Source: a virus
Taxonomy: Duplodnaviria > Caudoviricetes
IMG/VR virus record: IMGVR_UViG_3300042868_009047
Direction: 5' to 3' (one strand)
Length of the DNA: 64,000 bases
Shown: one piece after another, positions 1 through 8,697 of the stretch
Position numbering within the stretch: the stretch's first letter is position 1
Layout of the letters: each line of letters begins with the position of its first letter
Made by a program: the position numbers and the translations under genes
The notes under the pieces: generated by a model
What the model was told of the DNA's origin: nothing
The model's input: the letters and a program-made list of their open reading frames with translations, nothing else
The model's database searches: none

Positions 1-2011
1 GCCCCACACTTACTAAAGCACCCGAGCAATCATTGTAATCAAAATATAAATCACCGCCACCTACTTGATAGGTTACAGTATAACTTAAACAACTTAAACC
101 ATCAACACCTGATGTTCCAGAAGATCCATCAACACCCGAAGTTCCAGAAGATCCATCAACACCTGATGTTCCAGAAGATCCAGCCTCACCACTCGTCCCA
201 CTTTCTCCTGAAGTACCAGATGATCCAGTTTCGCCAGAAGTTCCTGATTCACCACTTGTTCCTGAAGAACCAGTTTCGCCAGATGTACCTGAAGATCCGC
301 TTTCTCCAGCTGTACCTGATTCACCAGATGTTCCTGAAGATCCACTTTCTCCAGCTGTTCCTGATTCACCTGAAGTACCAGCTGTTCCTGTTTCTCCGCT
401 TGTTCCTGAAGAACCACTTTCCCCTGATGTTCCAGTTTCACCTGATGTTCCTGAAGAACCAGACTCACCAGATGTTCCAGTTTCACCGCTTGTTCCGCTT
501 TCTCCTGAAGTACCAGAAGATCCACTTTCTCCAGCTGTTCCTGAAGATCCCGATTCACCAGATGTACCCGAAGAACCGCTTTCCCCAGCTGTTCCTGAAA
601 CACCAGAAGTTCCGTTAGTACCATCTACACCAGACAAACCTGAAGATCCGTTTTCTCCTGAAGACCCTGAAGATCCAGATTCACCTGATGTTCCATTATC
701 ACCACTTGTTCCTGAAGATCCTGTTTCACCAGAAGTACCTGAAGAACCGCTTTCTCCAGCTGTACCACTTTCCCCACTTGTTCCTGAAGAACCCGACTCA
801 CCACTTGTTCCTGAAGACCCTGTTTCACCAGAAGTTCCTGAAGAACCAGACTCACCAGATGTTCCAGTTTCACCGCTTGTTCCTGAAGAACCAGTTTCAC
901 CTGAAGTACCAGAAGATCCGCTTTCCCCAGATGTTCCAGTTTCACCGCTTGTTCCTGATTCACCAGAAGTACCAGAAGATCCAGTTTCACCGCTTGTTCC
1001 TGAAGAACCACTTTCTCCAGCTGTTCCTGAAGAACCGCTTTCACCAGAAGTTCCTGAAGATCCAGTTGCCCCACTTGTTCCTGAAGTTCCAGCGACACCG
1101 CCAGTTCCAGCCCCACCAGTACCTGGTACCAATGGCCAACCTAAAAATGCAGCGGTTGTATTACTAATCTTTATATAAACAGGTAATGGATTACTACCTG
1201 GTTTTACATCTGTTACATAATTGGTTGTTGTACCAGTCATGTCATAATATAAGACATCACCAATGGAACCAAGACCAGTTAAACTTAAACCACCAGTAAT
1301 TTTACCGAATGGTCTAACTGTCATGTTACCATCCTCTGGTTCATTAACACTTGTGATTACACCAAAAGCTTTTTCTAATTGGGATTGATTTGTGTCATCA
1401 ACAACTTGAAATTGTCCAGTTGAATCTAAATAAACTAATTGGCTGACTGTATAACCAGTTGCATATAATAAACTTGTATCATCATTATTATAGTAAGAAG
1501 CTATTAAATTTCTATATTGAAATCTTGCGTATAAGTCATTTACCCAATAGTTAATATCTGGTAAATTACTTCTAAGTAATTCAACCGAACTTAATACTGG
1601 ATCACCATCGTCAGATAGGTTAAATAATAAACCATAATTACCATCAATTGGTATGTTATTACCACTTAAAGAAGTATCAGATAATAAATTATATAGACCG
1701 ACATCTTTTAAAACAACATCAATCTCAGTAGCACTTGTTGGTGATGATACACTAATAATTTCGTATGAAAAACCGTTATTCGATTGACCAAACCACATAC
1801 CCGCAACTACTTGGTTGGCATCGTATGTATAAGCATTCGGTGTAATTCTATCATCTGATGTGATAGTTGGTATAACCTCTAATGTTGCGGTAAACGTATA
1901 ACCATACCCATTGTATATACTACTAGGATTTGTATATGTTGTATCAGTAGCAACTGTACCAGACTTAATTCTGGCAACAAATGTTATTGGTAATGTTGAT
2001 AAATTAGCCAT
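1..2011 (-). CDS. Gly-X-Y (SGTSG/SGESG) repeat fibre-like structural protein, partial (runs off the left edge; missing from the ORF track)
   Basis: Manual translation from ATG at 2011 gives MANLSTLPITFVARIKSG..., then about 350 aa of G-S/T-S/E repeats (about 110-1120), then ...GVDGLSCLSYTVTYQVGGGDLYFDYNDCSGALVSVG. The parts translated, including the window edge, are open. Confidence 0.85.
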   Translation of the reverse strand, partial: MANLSTLPITFVARIKSGTVATDTTYTNPSSIYNGYGYTFTATLEVIPTITSDDRITPNAYTYDANQVVAGMWFGQSNNGFSYEIISVSSPTSATEIDVVLKDVGLYNLLSDTSLSGNNIPIDGNYGLLFNLSDDGDPVLSSVELLRSNLPDINYWVNDLYARFQYRNLIASYYNNDDTSLLYATGYTVSQLVYLDSTGQFQVVDDTNQSQLEKAFGVITSVNEPEDGNMTVRPFGKITGGLSLTGLGSIGDVLYYDMTGTTTNYVTDVKPGSNPLPVYIKISNTTAAFLGWPLVPGTGGAGTGGVAGTSGTSGATGSSGTSGESGSSGTAGESGSSGTSGETGSSGTSGESGTSGETGTSGESGSSGTSGETGSSGTSGETGTSGESGSSGTSGETGSSGTSGESGSSGTSGESGTAGESGSSGTSGETGSSGTSGDNGTSGESGSSGSSGENGSSGLSGVDGTNGTSGVSGTAGESGSSGTSGESGSSGTAGESGSSGTSGESGTSGETGTSGESGSSGTSGETGTSGESGSSGTSGETGTAGTSGESGTAGESGSSGTSGESGTAGESGSSGTSGETGSSGTSGESGTSGETGSSGTSGESGTSGEAGSSGTSGVDGSSGTSGVDGSSGTSGVDGLSCLSYTVTYQVGGGDLYFDYNDCSGALVSVG

Positions 2012-2021
2012 TTATTAATTT

Positions 2022-4397
2022 TTATATATAGATGTCGTTAGTTGGTAATTGAAATGTTATATAACCATATGCGGTACCCGTACCATATATACCCATATTT
2101 AATGTAGATAACGATTTAAAGTTCATTGTTGTTTTAGCTGTGTTCTGTACAACCACTGATTGTGATGTCGCTGTACCATGCATCATCCTACTCATGAAAT
2201 CACCAGTACTTAATTGTGCGTGTGTCATAAAGTTAATTGGCCAGACACCTAATGGATGTGTTATTGTTATTTCATTCGCACCGTTTCTTGTAAATATCCA
2301 ACCACCAGAACCTGATGCGATTGTAGCGCCTGAAGGATCTTTAGCTAAAACAAAAGGAGACCCAATCAAACTACCACCACTATATTCTAATTTAATAATA
2401 TAAACACCTGAACCACCCGCTGGTGAAGTACCACTTGTACCAGCGGCACCAGATGTTCCTGATGAACCAATGCCACCATCGGCACCCGCAGTACCAGAAG
2501 AACCGCTTTCCCCAGAAGAACCAGAAGTACCAGGACCACCAGATGTTCCTGAAGAACCAGCTTCACCAGATGTTCCTGAAGAACCAGCTTCACCAGATGT
2601 TCCTGTTAAACCAGATGTTCCTGAAGAGCCTGATTCACCACTTGTTCCTGAAGAACCGCTTTCCCCAGCTGTTCCTGAAGAACCTGATTCACCACTTGTT
2701 CCTGAAGAACCAGAAGTACCAGGGCCACCAGAAGTACCAGCTGAACCAGATGTTCCATTTTCACCGCTTGTTCCTGAAGAACCTGATTCACCGCTTGTTC
2801 CTGAAGATCCAGCTGTTCCTGTTAAACCTGAAGATCCACTTGTTCCTGAAGAACCTGATTCCCCAGAAGATCCAGAAGATCCGCTTTCTCCTGAAGTACC
2901 ACTTGAGCCTGATTCCCCAGAAGATCCAGAAGATCCTGTTGCACCAATTGTACCTTGTAAGTTGCTTGTTGAAGGTGTTACACCACCAGATGTGGCAAAA
3001 ACAATATTTGTTAAAGTAATCTCTAATTGACCAGTAGCTGGGTTATAAGTAATAACCCTACCTTCAGCGTAATTTGAGATATCATATGCTACAACAACCG
3101 ATTCACCAGGCGAATAAGATAAATTAGGTGTTGTTGTTACAGTCATTGGTGTTGGAGTACTTAAAGATGAATAATCAACAGGGGCTAGTACCGAACCCAG
3201 ATATTTATCACTTACACCAGCAGTTCCAGAAGTTCCACCGCCACCATCAGTTCCAGAAGTTCCAGGGCCACCGCTTGTTCCTGATGTTCCAGGTCCACCA
3301 CTTGTTCCTGAAGTACCTGCTGTTCCAGAAGATCCTGATGATCCAGTACTACCACTTGTTCCTGATGAACCAGATGTTCCTGAAGAACCAGCAGATCCTG
3401 AAGATCCATCACCACCAGAAGCACCGTCTAAGTTGATAGTCCAGCTAGTATGTAAACCAGCGCCAACAACTCTTGTTGGGACACCGAATGTTAATAAACC
3501 TATTGTACCGTCATAAGTTATAACTTCACATTCTTGATAATTATTTATATCATATGTAATTACAATTGATTGAGCAGTGGTATAAGCTAACCCAGTACCA
3601 ACTGTTATCGTACCAGGAAGACCTAATGTATGTGATGTTGAGGATGTTGTTTTATATAAATCACCATTGGCACCACTTGTTCCTGTTTCACCTGACGATC
3701 CTGAAGAACCACTTACACCAGCTGTTCCAGTAAAACCTGATGATCCTGAAGAACCAGATTCACCTGATGTTCCCGAAGAACCAGATTCACCTGATGTTCC
3801 CGAAGAACCATCGGGACCTACAACACTTAGACCATCAGCACCCGAAGATCCAGATGAACCAGTAAAACCTGAAGTTCCAGATGAACCAGATGAACCAGAT
3901 GTGCCGTATGATAAACCAGAAGATCCAGCTGAACCAGCTGTTCCAGTTAAACCAGATGTACCTGAAGACCCAGAGTTACCAGATGTTCCTGAAGTACCAG
4001 TACCGCCACCAGCTATTGAACTTAAATCAATATCAACCGTGCTGCCATCAGCAGCTGTGAAGGTTATAATATTTGTACCACTATCAAATTCAGCGTTAAC
4101 AAATTCAGCGCCAGTCCCACCACCACTTCCAGAGATTTTTCTCCAAAGAGTAATAGGTGTACCGTCAACTGTTATTGTTTCAGCGAAATCACCACTATTA
4201 TTATCATAGACAAACGCAGTGTGTGTCTGAAGGCACAAGTATAATGTTGTTGTCCCAGTTACTGTTACGTATGCAAACTGATCAGCCCTGAAGTCTTTTG
4301 CCGACCATTCGACAATCTCAAGGAACTGCATATTTGCATCTAACTCATTATGTGTTAATGGTCTGGATAGATTCGCTCTTAATACTAAATTTGACAT
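2022..4397 (-). CDS. Collagen-like Gly-X-Y Ser/Thr-repeat tail fibre-like protein (791 aa)
   Basis: N-terminal LVLRANLSRPLTHNELDAN resembles phage fibre N-termini. Several (SGTSGESGS)n tracts have Gly at every third residue and are separated by globular modules. Confidence 0.8.
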   Translation of the reverse strand: MSNLVLRANLSRPLTHNELDANMQFLEIVEWSAKDFRADQFAYVTVTGTTTLYLCLQTHTAFVYDNNSGDFAETITVDGTPITLWRKISGSGGGTGAEFVNAEFDSGTNIITFTAADGSTVDIDLSSIAGGGTGTSGTSGNSGSSGTSGLTGTAGSAGSSGLSYGTSGSSGSSGTSGFTGSSGSSGADGLSVVGPDGSSGTSGESGSSGTSGESGSSGSSGFTGTAGVSGSSGSSGETGTSGANGDLYKTTSSTSHTLGLPGTITVGTGLAYTTAQSIVITYDINNYQECEVITYDGTIGLLTFGVPTRVVGAGLHTSWTINLDGASGGDGSSGSAGSSGTSGSSGTSGSTGSSGSSGTAGTSGTSGGPGTSGTSGGPGTSGTDGGGGTSGTAGVSDKYLGSVLAPVDYSSLSTPTPMTVTTTPNLSYSPGESVVVAYDISNYAEGRVITYNPATGQLEITLTNIVFATSGGVTPSTSNLQGTIGATGSSGSSGESGSSGTSGESGSSGSSGESGSSGTSGSSGLTGTAGSSGTSGESGSSGTSGENGTSGSAGTSGGPGTSGSSGTSGESGSSGTAGESGSSGTSGESGSSGTSGLTGTSGEAGSSGTSGEAGSSGTSGGPGTSGSSGESGSSGTAGADGGIGSSGTSGAAGTSGTSPAGGSGVYIIKLEYSGGSLIGSPFVLAKDPSGATIASGSGGWIFTRNGANEITITHPLGVWPINFMTHAQLSTGDFMSRMMHGTATSQSVVVQNTAKTTMNFKSLSTLNMGIYGTGTAYGYITFQLPTNDIYI

Positions 4398-4435
4398 TTT
4401 TTATATAAAATTTCTTTGATTTTATTATTACTTAA

Positions 4436-4443
4436 TATAAATA
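4436..4443 (-). promoter_or_regulatory. Putative phage late-promoter motif TATTTATA
   Basis: Intergenic, about 40 nt upstream of the fibre gene ATG at 4397; the same motif recurs before many structural genes. Confidence 0.5.
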
Positions 4444-4505
4444 GTTATTAATAGGAGAAAATGTCAGTCAAACCGATTAAAACTTAATTTATTGAAAAAT
4501 GTGCA

Positions 4506-4513
4506 TATAAATA
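4506..4513 (-). promoter_or_regulatory. Second TATTTATA motif upstream of the fibre genes
   Basis: Lies just downstream of the clpP terminator in coding orientation. Confidence 0.4.
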
Positions 4514-4524
4514 GCAATAGGGCA

Positions 4525-4550
4525 TAAAAAAAGCCACTCGAAGGTGGCTT
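4525..4550 (-). terminator. Rho-independent terminator after clpP
   Basis: Minus strand AAGCCAC-CTTCGA-GTGGCTT followed by a T-run, 6 nt after the clpP stop. Confidence 0.85.
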
Positions 4551-4556
4551 AGTTTA

Positions 4557-5225
4557 TTATTTCTTTGGTTTTCGATTCATGACCGAATCGATCATCCCGT
4601 ATTCCTTGGCTTCATCAGCTCTCATCCAGTAATCCCTTTCAGAATCAGCATATACTTTATCATACTCTTGTCCAGTGTGGTGTGAAATGATATCATACAA
4701 TTCTTTCTTCAATTTACCGATCTCTCTTGCTGTGATTTCAATATCAGTTGCCTGACCTTCAGCACCACCTAATGGTTGGTGAATCATCACTCTTGAGTGC
4801 GGTAATGCGTAACGTTTTCCTTCAGCTCCAGCACAAAGTAATACAGCGGCCATTGATGCGGCTAATCCTGTACATATTGTTGATACCTCTGGTTTAATGT
4901 ATTGCATTGTATCATAGATACCCAAACCAGAATAAACAGAACCACCTGGAGAGTTTATGTAGATCTGAATACCAGCTTCTTTATCGATTGATTCCAAGAA
5001 AAGTAATTGCGCCTGGATAATGTTGGATACTTGATCGTTGATGCCAGTACCCAAAAAGATAACCCTTTCCATCATTAAACGTGAGAATACATCCATCTGT
5101 GTGACGTTCATCTCTCTTTCCTCAATAATATAAGGGGTTATTGAACTGTTAAATCTGATAAGTGTTTCAGATTTAATTCCCATGTGCTTTGTAGCGTACT
5201 GATTAAACTCTTTTCCTAAATTCAT
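4557..5225 (-). CDS. clpP: ATP-dependent Clp protease proteolytic subunit
   Basis: DVFSRLMMERVIFLG, YINSPGGSV, AASMAAVLL (Ser), RVMIHQP (His) and SERDYW (Asp) are all present. The N-terminal extension resembles Bacteroidota ClpP. Confidence 0.97.
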   Translation of the reverse strand: MNLGKEFNQYATKHMGIKSETLIRFNSSITPYIIEEREMNVTQMDVFSRLMMERVIFLGTGINDQVSNIIQAQLLFLESIDKEAGIQIYINSPGGSVYSGLGIYDTMQYIKPEVSTICTGLAASMAAVLLCAGAEGKRYALPHSRVMIHQPLGGAEGQATDIEITAREIGKLKKELYDIISHHTGQEYDKVYADSERDYWMRADEAKEYGMIDSVMNRKPKK

Positions 5226-5245
5226 ATGTTATTTTTTATTTGTTA

Positions 5246-5276
5246 CAAATGTAATGATATTATGTTAGATAAACAA
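5246..5276 (-). promoter_or_regulatory. Bacteroidota-type sigma-70 promoter for clpP
   Basis: Minus strand TTG(5276-5274)-N20-TACATTTG(5253-5246). Confidence 0.7.
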
Positions 5277-6963
5277 GATTTTTCATGATTGATTTCAAAT
5301 CTTTTTCTGAATACTTTTCTTTAAGTAATCTCTCAAATTCTTTTCTTGAGTAATGAGCTTTTAGACCCACATATTTTGCCTTGTTTTTGTTTTTATTGTA
5401 GTTACGATTAAACTTAGAAAAATGCTGTTTTAAAACACAATTTTTTGTTTCATCAAGGGCTGATAAACTAATCCCTTTATTATAAACACGATCATTCATA
5501 AAGTTCTCATGTACCATTAATCTCATTTTTTCTTTTCTGTGACTTAAGATTATTGTTGCAAATCTTTTATCATCATAATCATGCTCAACTTTCCAAAAAA
5601 TTGATTCTGAGTTTGTCGTGATTCTTTTATTTATGTGTTTGGTAATAGAGCACTTTGACCCTTTTGGTAATTGTTTCTTTAAACGATTTAAAAAAGTTTG
5701 GGACACCGTATACAAACCAGTTCTTTCAACCGCATTTGCTAATGATGATAAAACACCATCAATTGATATTGACCCAAAATACATAATATCAGTATTAATC
5801 TTAACGCAATAAACATCACGTAAAACACGCATTACATTAAGCATGTTTGTGATTGAGTGGATGCAACCATCAAGGTTAACCTCATTAGTATTTTCTATTA
5901 CGGACTTAAAAAAGGTTTTATTTTCAATTAAAATGTCCAAAGGTAATTTTGATGGGTTAAGATAAAAGCCAGTTGTATTATCACGAGAATAAACCAATTT
6001 AAAAAGTTTGCTATTCTTTATTTCATGTGCTGTGTAACCAAGTTTATATAAAACTGTTAAAGCATTTTCATTTATTGTGTAATATATTTCTTTAATATCA
6101 CTGTCTGTTTGTTTTTCACTAAACCAATCACATTTTTCTTCCTTACCTTTATTGTGGTAGTATATGTTGGTGTTTAGTAGTTCCTTATAACCAATTAAGT
6201 TAGCAACAAATTCTTCATCGGTATCAAAATATTTAGCGTAATAAGCATACATGGTTTTACCCCTATAATCCTTCTTATCATCCCTAAAATTTCTTGCGTA
6301 TTCTAAAACACTACAAGCTTCTGGTAAGATTAGGTTAAGTTTTCTAAAGTAATTAAGCATTATAAAAACACTAAAATAATCACTTATTTTTAATCTCTTG
6401 CTATCATCACGAAAAACTTTTTTTAGGTAACCTTCAGTAATAATTTCATTTATCTTTTCGTTATAACCTAAAACACTTAAAGATTTATTAATACCCTCGT
6501 AGATAGCATTTTTATCTATTAAATTAAGATCAAAAATCCCCTCAATAATTGACAGTACTTGAGTCGTAAAAACAGTTTGTCTAATAATTGGTTTTGGTTT
6601 TCTTTTTCTTGTCCCACTTTCTATTTTATACACAGAAAATTCACCTGTTGCCATGTCAATCGCCAAACTAGCGTAGCTCTTATACGTTTTGAGTCTTAAG
6701 GTTTTTAATTTCTTAATTTCAACAGAAGTTTTTCTAACAAAATATTTTTTAAAAATAATTTTATTTTTTTCAGTGTCATGTTCAACAACAAATGTTTCTC
6801 TATGTACATAACAAGGGGTGTTATTTTTCAAAGACTCCTTAAAATGTTCTTCATTGGTTTCTACTAGTTTGGATGACACCCCAAAAATTTCATCACTACC
6901 TAAGGTATCAGGTACCTCAACTTGAAGTTTTTCTACTATTGATCTATGAATTGTATTAACCAT
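5260..6963 (-). CDS. Hypothetical protein (567 aa; start revised from 7047 to 6963)
   Basis: Long ORF. ATG 6963 (MVNTIHRS) follows an A-rich leader and a consensus promoter at 6983-7013, whereas the upstream ORF-track extension runs through a terminator. Confidence 0.8.
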   Translation of the reverse strand: MVNTIHRSIVEKLQVEVPDTLGSDEIFGVSSKLVETNEEHFKESLKNNTPCYVHRETFVVEHDTEKNKIIFKKYFVRKTSVEIKKLKTLRLKTYKSYASLAIDMATGEFSVYKIESGTRKRKPKPIIRQTVFTTQVLSIIEGIFDLNLIDKNAIYEGINKSLSVLGYNEKINEIITEGYLKKVFRDDSKRLKISDYFSVFIMLNYFRKLNLILPEACSVLEYARNFRDDKKDYRGKTMYAYYAKYFDTDEEFVANLIGYKELLNTNIYYHNKGKEEKCDWFSEKQTDSDIKEIYYTINENALTVLYKLGYTAHEIKNSKLFKLVYSRDNTTGFYLNPSKLPLDILIENKTFFKSVIENTNEVNLDGCIHSITNMLNVMRVLRDVYCVKINTDIMYFGSISIDGVLSSLANAVERTGLYTVSQTFLNRLKKQLPKGSKCSITKHINKRITTNSESIFWKVEHDYDDKRFATIILSHRKEKMRLMVHENFMNDRVYNKGISLSALDETKNCVLKQHFSKFNRNYNKNKNKAKYVGLKAHYSRKEFERLLKEKYSEKDLKSIMKNLVYLT

Positions 6964-6982
6964 ATTATTATTTTGATTTAGG

Positions 6983-7013
6983 CAAAGATAAACAAAAAAA
7001 CTTAACAAACAAA
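6983..7013 (-). promoter_or_regulatory. Bacteroidota-type sigma-70 promoter
   Basis: TTTG(7013-7010)-N19-TATCTTTG(6990-6983); the -33 element overlaps the terminator T-tract. Confidence 0.75.
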
Positions 7014-7039
7014 AAAAGGTGAGAAAAATCTCACCTTTT
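7011..7039 (-). terminator. Rho-independent terminator closing the DUF2828-RNA unit
   Basis: Perfect 11-bp stem AAAAGGTGAGA/TCTCACCTTTT with a 4-nt loop; 7-T tract on the minus strand. Confidence 0.9.
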
Positions 7040-7046
7040 AAAGTCA

Positions 7047-7218
7047 TGAACGGTATCGGAATCAGGTCCCAGGTTTTAATGTCCCTGTAACATGGTGTTT
7101 TACATTTACGCAGCGTCTCTCGACCTACGGTTTAGTACCCACTCTACACCTTGTGGTGGGGTTTTTTCTGGCTTAGTTGTATATTTGTAAAACTTGCCGA
7201 AAGTATTCCCACCGTTCA
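7047..7218 (-). ncRNA. Candidate structured ncRNA (172 nt) with a paired 5'/3' bulged stem, possibly Y-RNA-like
   Basis: 5' UGAACGGUGGGAAU pairs with 3' AUUCC-GA-UACCGUUCA (14 bp including one G.U, plus a 2-nt bulge). Internal hairpins: CGUAGGUC-GAGA-GAC-G-CUGCG (GNRA loop, U.G wobble), CCCAC...GUGGG, UGUAA...UUACA and ACUU-UCGGC-AAGU. The wobbles and GNRA loop work only on the minus strand. Confidence 0.7.
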
Positions 7219-7224
7219 ATATTT

Positions 7225-8622
7225 TTAAGCTGTTATGCAAGCATAACGTTCGCTATTCACTGTTTTGTTCATGATAGCAACTGGTGTGAAGTCGTCCCCT
7301 GCTAAAAGCGACTTTAAGATCGCTGGAGAGAATCCGCTTACCAGTGCAGTACCGTTTTTACCGAAGCTAACTGGTACGTTATCATGTCTGCTTTGAATGT
7401 TCCAGAACACAATTTTTGGGATTGTGTATCCAGCTTCGCTGTATTTATTTTCAATCATTTTGATAGCCGTTTCATTAGAACGAACAGCTTGATTGAATTC
7501 CATATCTGACATAATCAAGATAGTTGTTGGCATTTCTTCTTGTGGAAGAGAATGTTTAGTAGCTTGATCCAAAATCATTTTGAAAGTAGCTTCAAGATCT
7601 GTACTCATACCCCACTCAGCTCTTTCCAATTGTAGCATTCTGTCAACAATACTACCGTTTAAGTATTGCAACTGTGGGTTTGATGAGAACGTAATGAAAG
7701 CATCTTTAAATTTACCCACGTTTCTTTCAGAGATATATAACCCCAAAGAAACACAAACATCCATACAAGAAAGATTTTGGTTGTTACCTGCTGGAGTGCT
7801 CATCGAACCCGATACATCACACACTGGTAAAATTCTTTCTTCAGTGTTTGTCAAATAGTTTGGAAGTGATTCCCATTGTTTAGTTCCAACAACTTTGTCA
7901 CCACCGTATCTCAACGACTTTAACACATCATATGGGTACAAAGCACCAGCCTTAATTGTTTTTGCGGTGTTTTTGAACTCATCAAATCTAACGCTATCGT
8001 TTTTAACAAACGCTTTAGTGTATCTTGACATAGCCAAAGATGGTACGTGGTTGTAAGTGATTTGTGACCACTGACCAGCACACATCAACTGCTCAACAAC
8101 TTTGGTTTTTTCTACCAATGATTTACGGTATTCTTTTGGGGATAAACCAAGATGTCTTTCCAAAGCAATTGCTTGCTTACCCTTTCTTGGCATCCATTTA
8201 GCACAAAGACCATCGTTGTTGTTTAAAGCAACCTCAATCAATCCCTTAGCTTGTCCTTCCAAAGGAGTACCAAATAATGACAACATGTCATCCCAACGAC
8301 CAAACTCAGGGATATACTGAATATTCTTAGCCAAAGACTCAGAATGATTCTCAGCAAGATATTTAAGGATATCTCTAAATACTTTTCTTTCACCAGCACC
8401 AGAGCGTGCATCTCTAGCCCAAAAAAGAATTCTTAAAGCGGTTACAGGGTTTTCGTTAAAGGCTTTGCTATATTTAGCAATTAACCTGCCGACATCTTGA
8501 CCACGCATTGCACCTATTACAAAGAATAAGTCAACACATGCATTCAAAGATGATGAATTAGTAACCATACCATTTTCTGTGGTGGTATTTTCTGTTCTTA
8601 AAGCGTCAACGAAACGTGTCAT
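7225..8622 (-). CDS. DUF2828-family protein: TROVE/Ro60-like helical region plus C-terminal vWA domain
   Basis: TTTENG..NSSSLNACVDLFF and LRILFWARDARSGAGERKVF in the N-terminal region; MIDAS-like PVCDVSGSM, STDLEATF and ILIMSDMEF in the C-terminal region. Confidence 0.85.
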   Translation of the reverse strand: MTRFVDALRTENTTTENGMVTNSSSLNACVDLFFVIGAMRGQDVGRLIAKYSKAFNENPVTALRILFWARDARSGAGERKVFRDILKYLAENHSESLAKNIQYIPEFGRWDDMLSLFGTPLEGQAKGLIEVALNNNDGLCAKWMPRKGKQAIALERHLGLSPKEYRKSLVEKTKVVEQLMCAGQWSQITYNHVPSLAMSRYTKAFVKNDSVRFDEFKNTAKTIKAGALYPYDVLKSLRYGGDKVVGTKQWESLPNYLTNTEERILPVCDVSGSMSTPAGNNQNLSCMDVCVSLGLYISERNVGKFKDAFITFSSNPQLQYLNGSIVDRMLQLERAEWGMSTDLEATFKMILDQATKHSLPQEEMPTTILIMSDMEFNQAVRSNETAIKMIENKYSEAGYTIPKIVFWNIQSRHDNVPVSFGKNGTALVSGFSPAILKSLLAGDDFTPVAIMNKTVNSERYACITA

Positions 8623-8647
8623 ATTGTTTATTATTTTAAATCTGTTA

Positions 8648-8679
8648 CAAATATAGTAATAGAGTTGTGAAAAACCAAA
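8648..8679 (-). promoter_or_regulatory. Bacteroidota-type sigma-70 promoter for the DUF2828-RNA unit
   Basis: TTTG(8679-8676)-N20-TATATTTG(8655-8648). Confidence 0.8.
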
Positions 8680-8697
8680 TTTTTTTAAAAGTTTTTT

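Noticed and set aside
110-1120. Short direct repeats that might suggest a CRISPR array or VNTR locus
   Set aside because: Degenerate 9-nt coding units with no unique spacers and no cas genes.
94-4209. Many alternative-frame and antisense ORFs (Gln/Leu/His-rich or PEEP-rich, e.g. 112..618, 2470..3030, 3667..4209)
   Set aside because: Shadows of the 9-nt Gly-X-Y repeats, which lack stops in several frames; the real genes are the minus-strand Gly-repeat frames.
4453-4487. Plus-strand AGGAG followed by the mini-ORF MSVKPIKT
   Set aside because: SD spacing is only 3 nt, the other genes do not use SD sites, and no plus-strand promoter is evident; likely chance.
6964-7047. ORF-track N-terminal extension of the 595-aa ORF
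   Set aside because: It runs through the RNA 3' end, the terminator and the promoter; ATG 6963 is the plausible start.
7180-7187. Plus-strand TATATTTG (-7-like) inside the RNA candidate
   Set aside because: No TTTG at 19-21 nt spacing and no downstream plus-strand gene; an antisense promoter is unsupported.
7047-7218. tmRNA, tRNA, SRP or RNase P identity for the structured RNA
   Set aside because: No T-arm (GGTTCRA), acceptor/CCA end, SRP GNRA/GGAA domain IV or RNase P GAGGAAAGUCC motif, and too short for a one-piece tmRNA.
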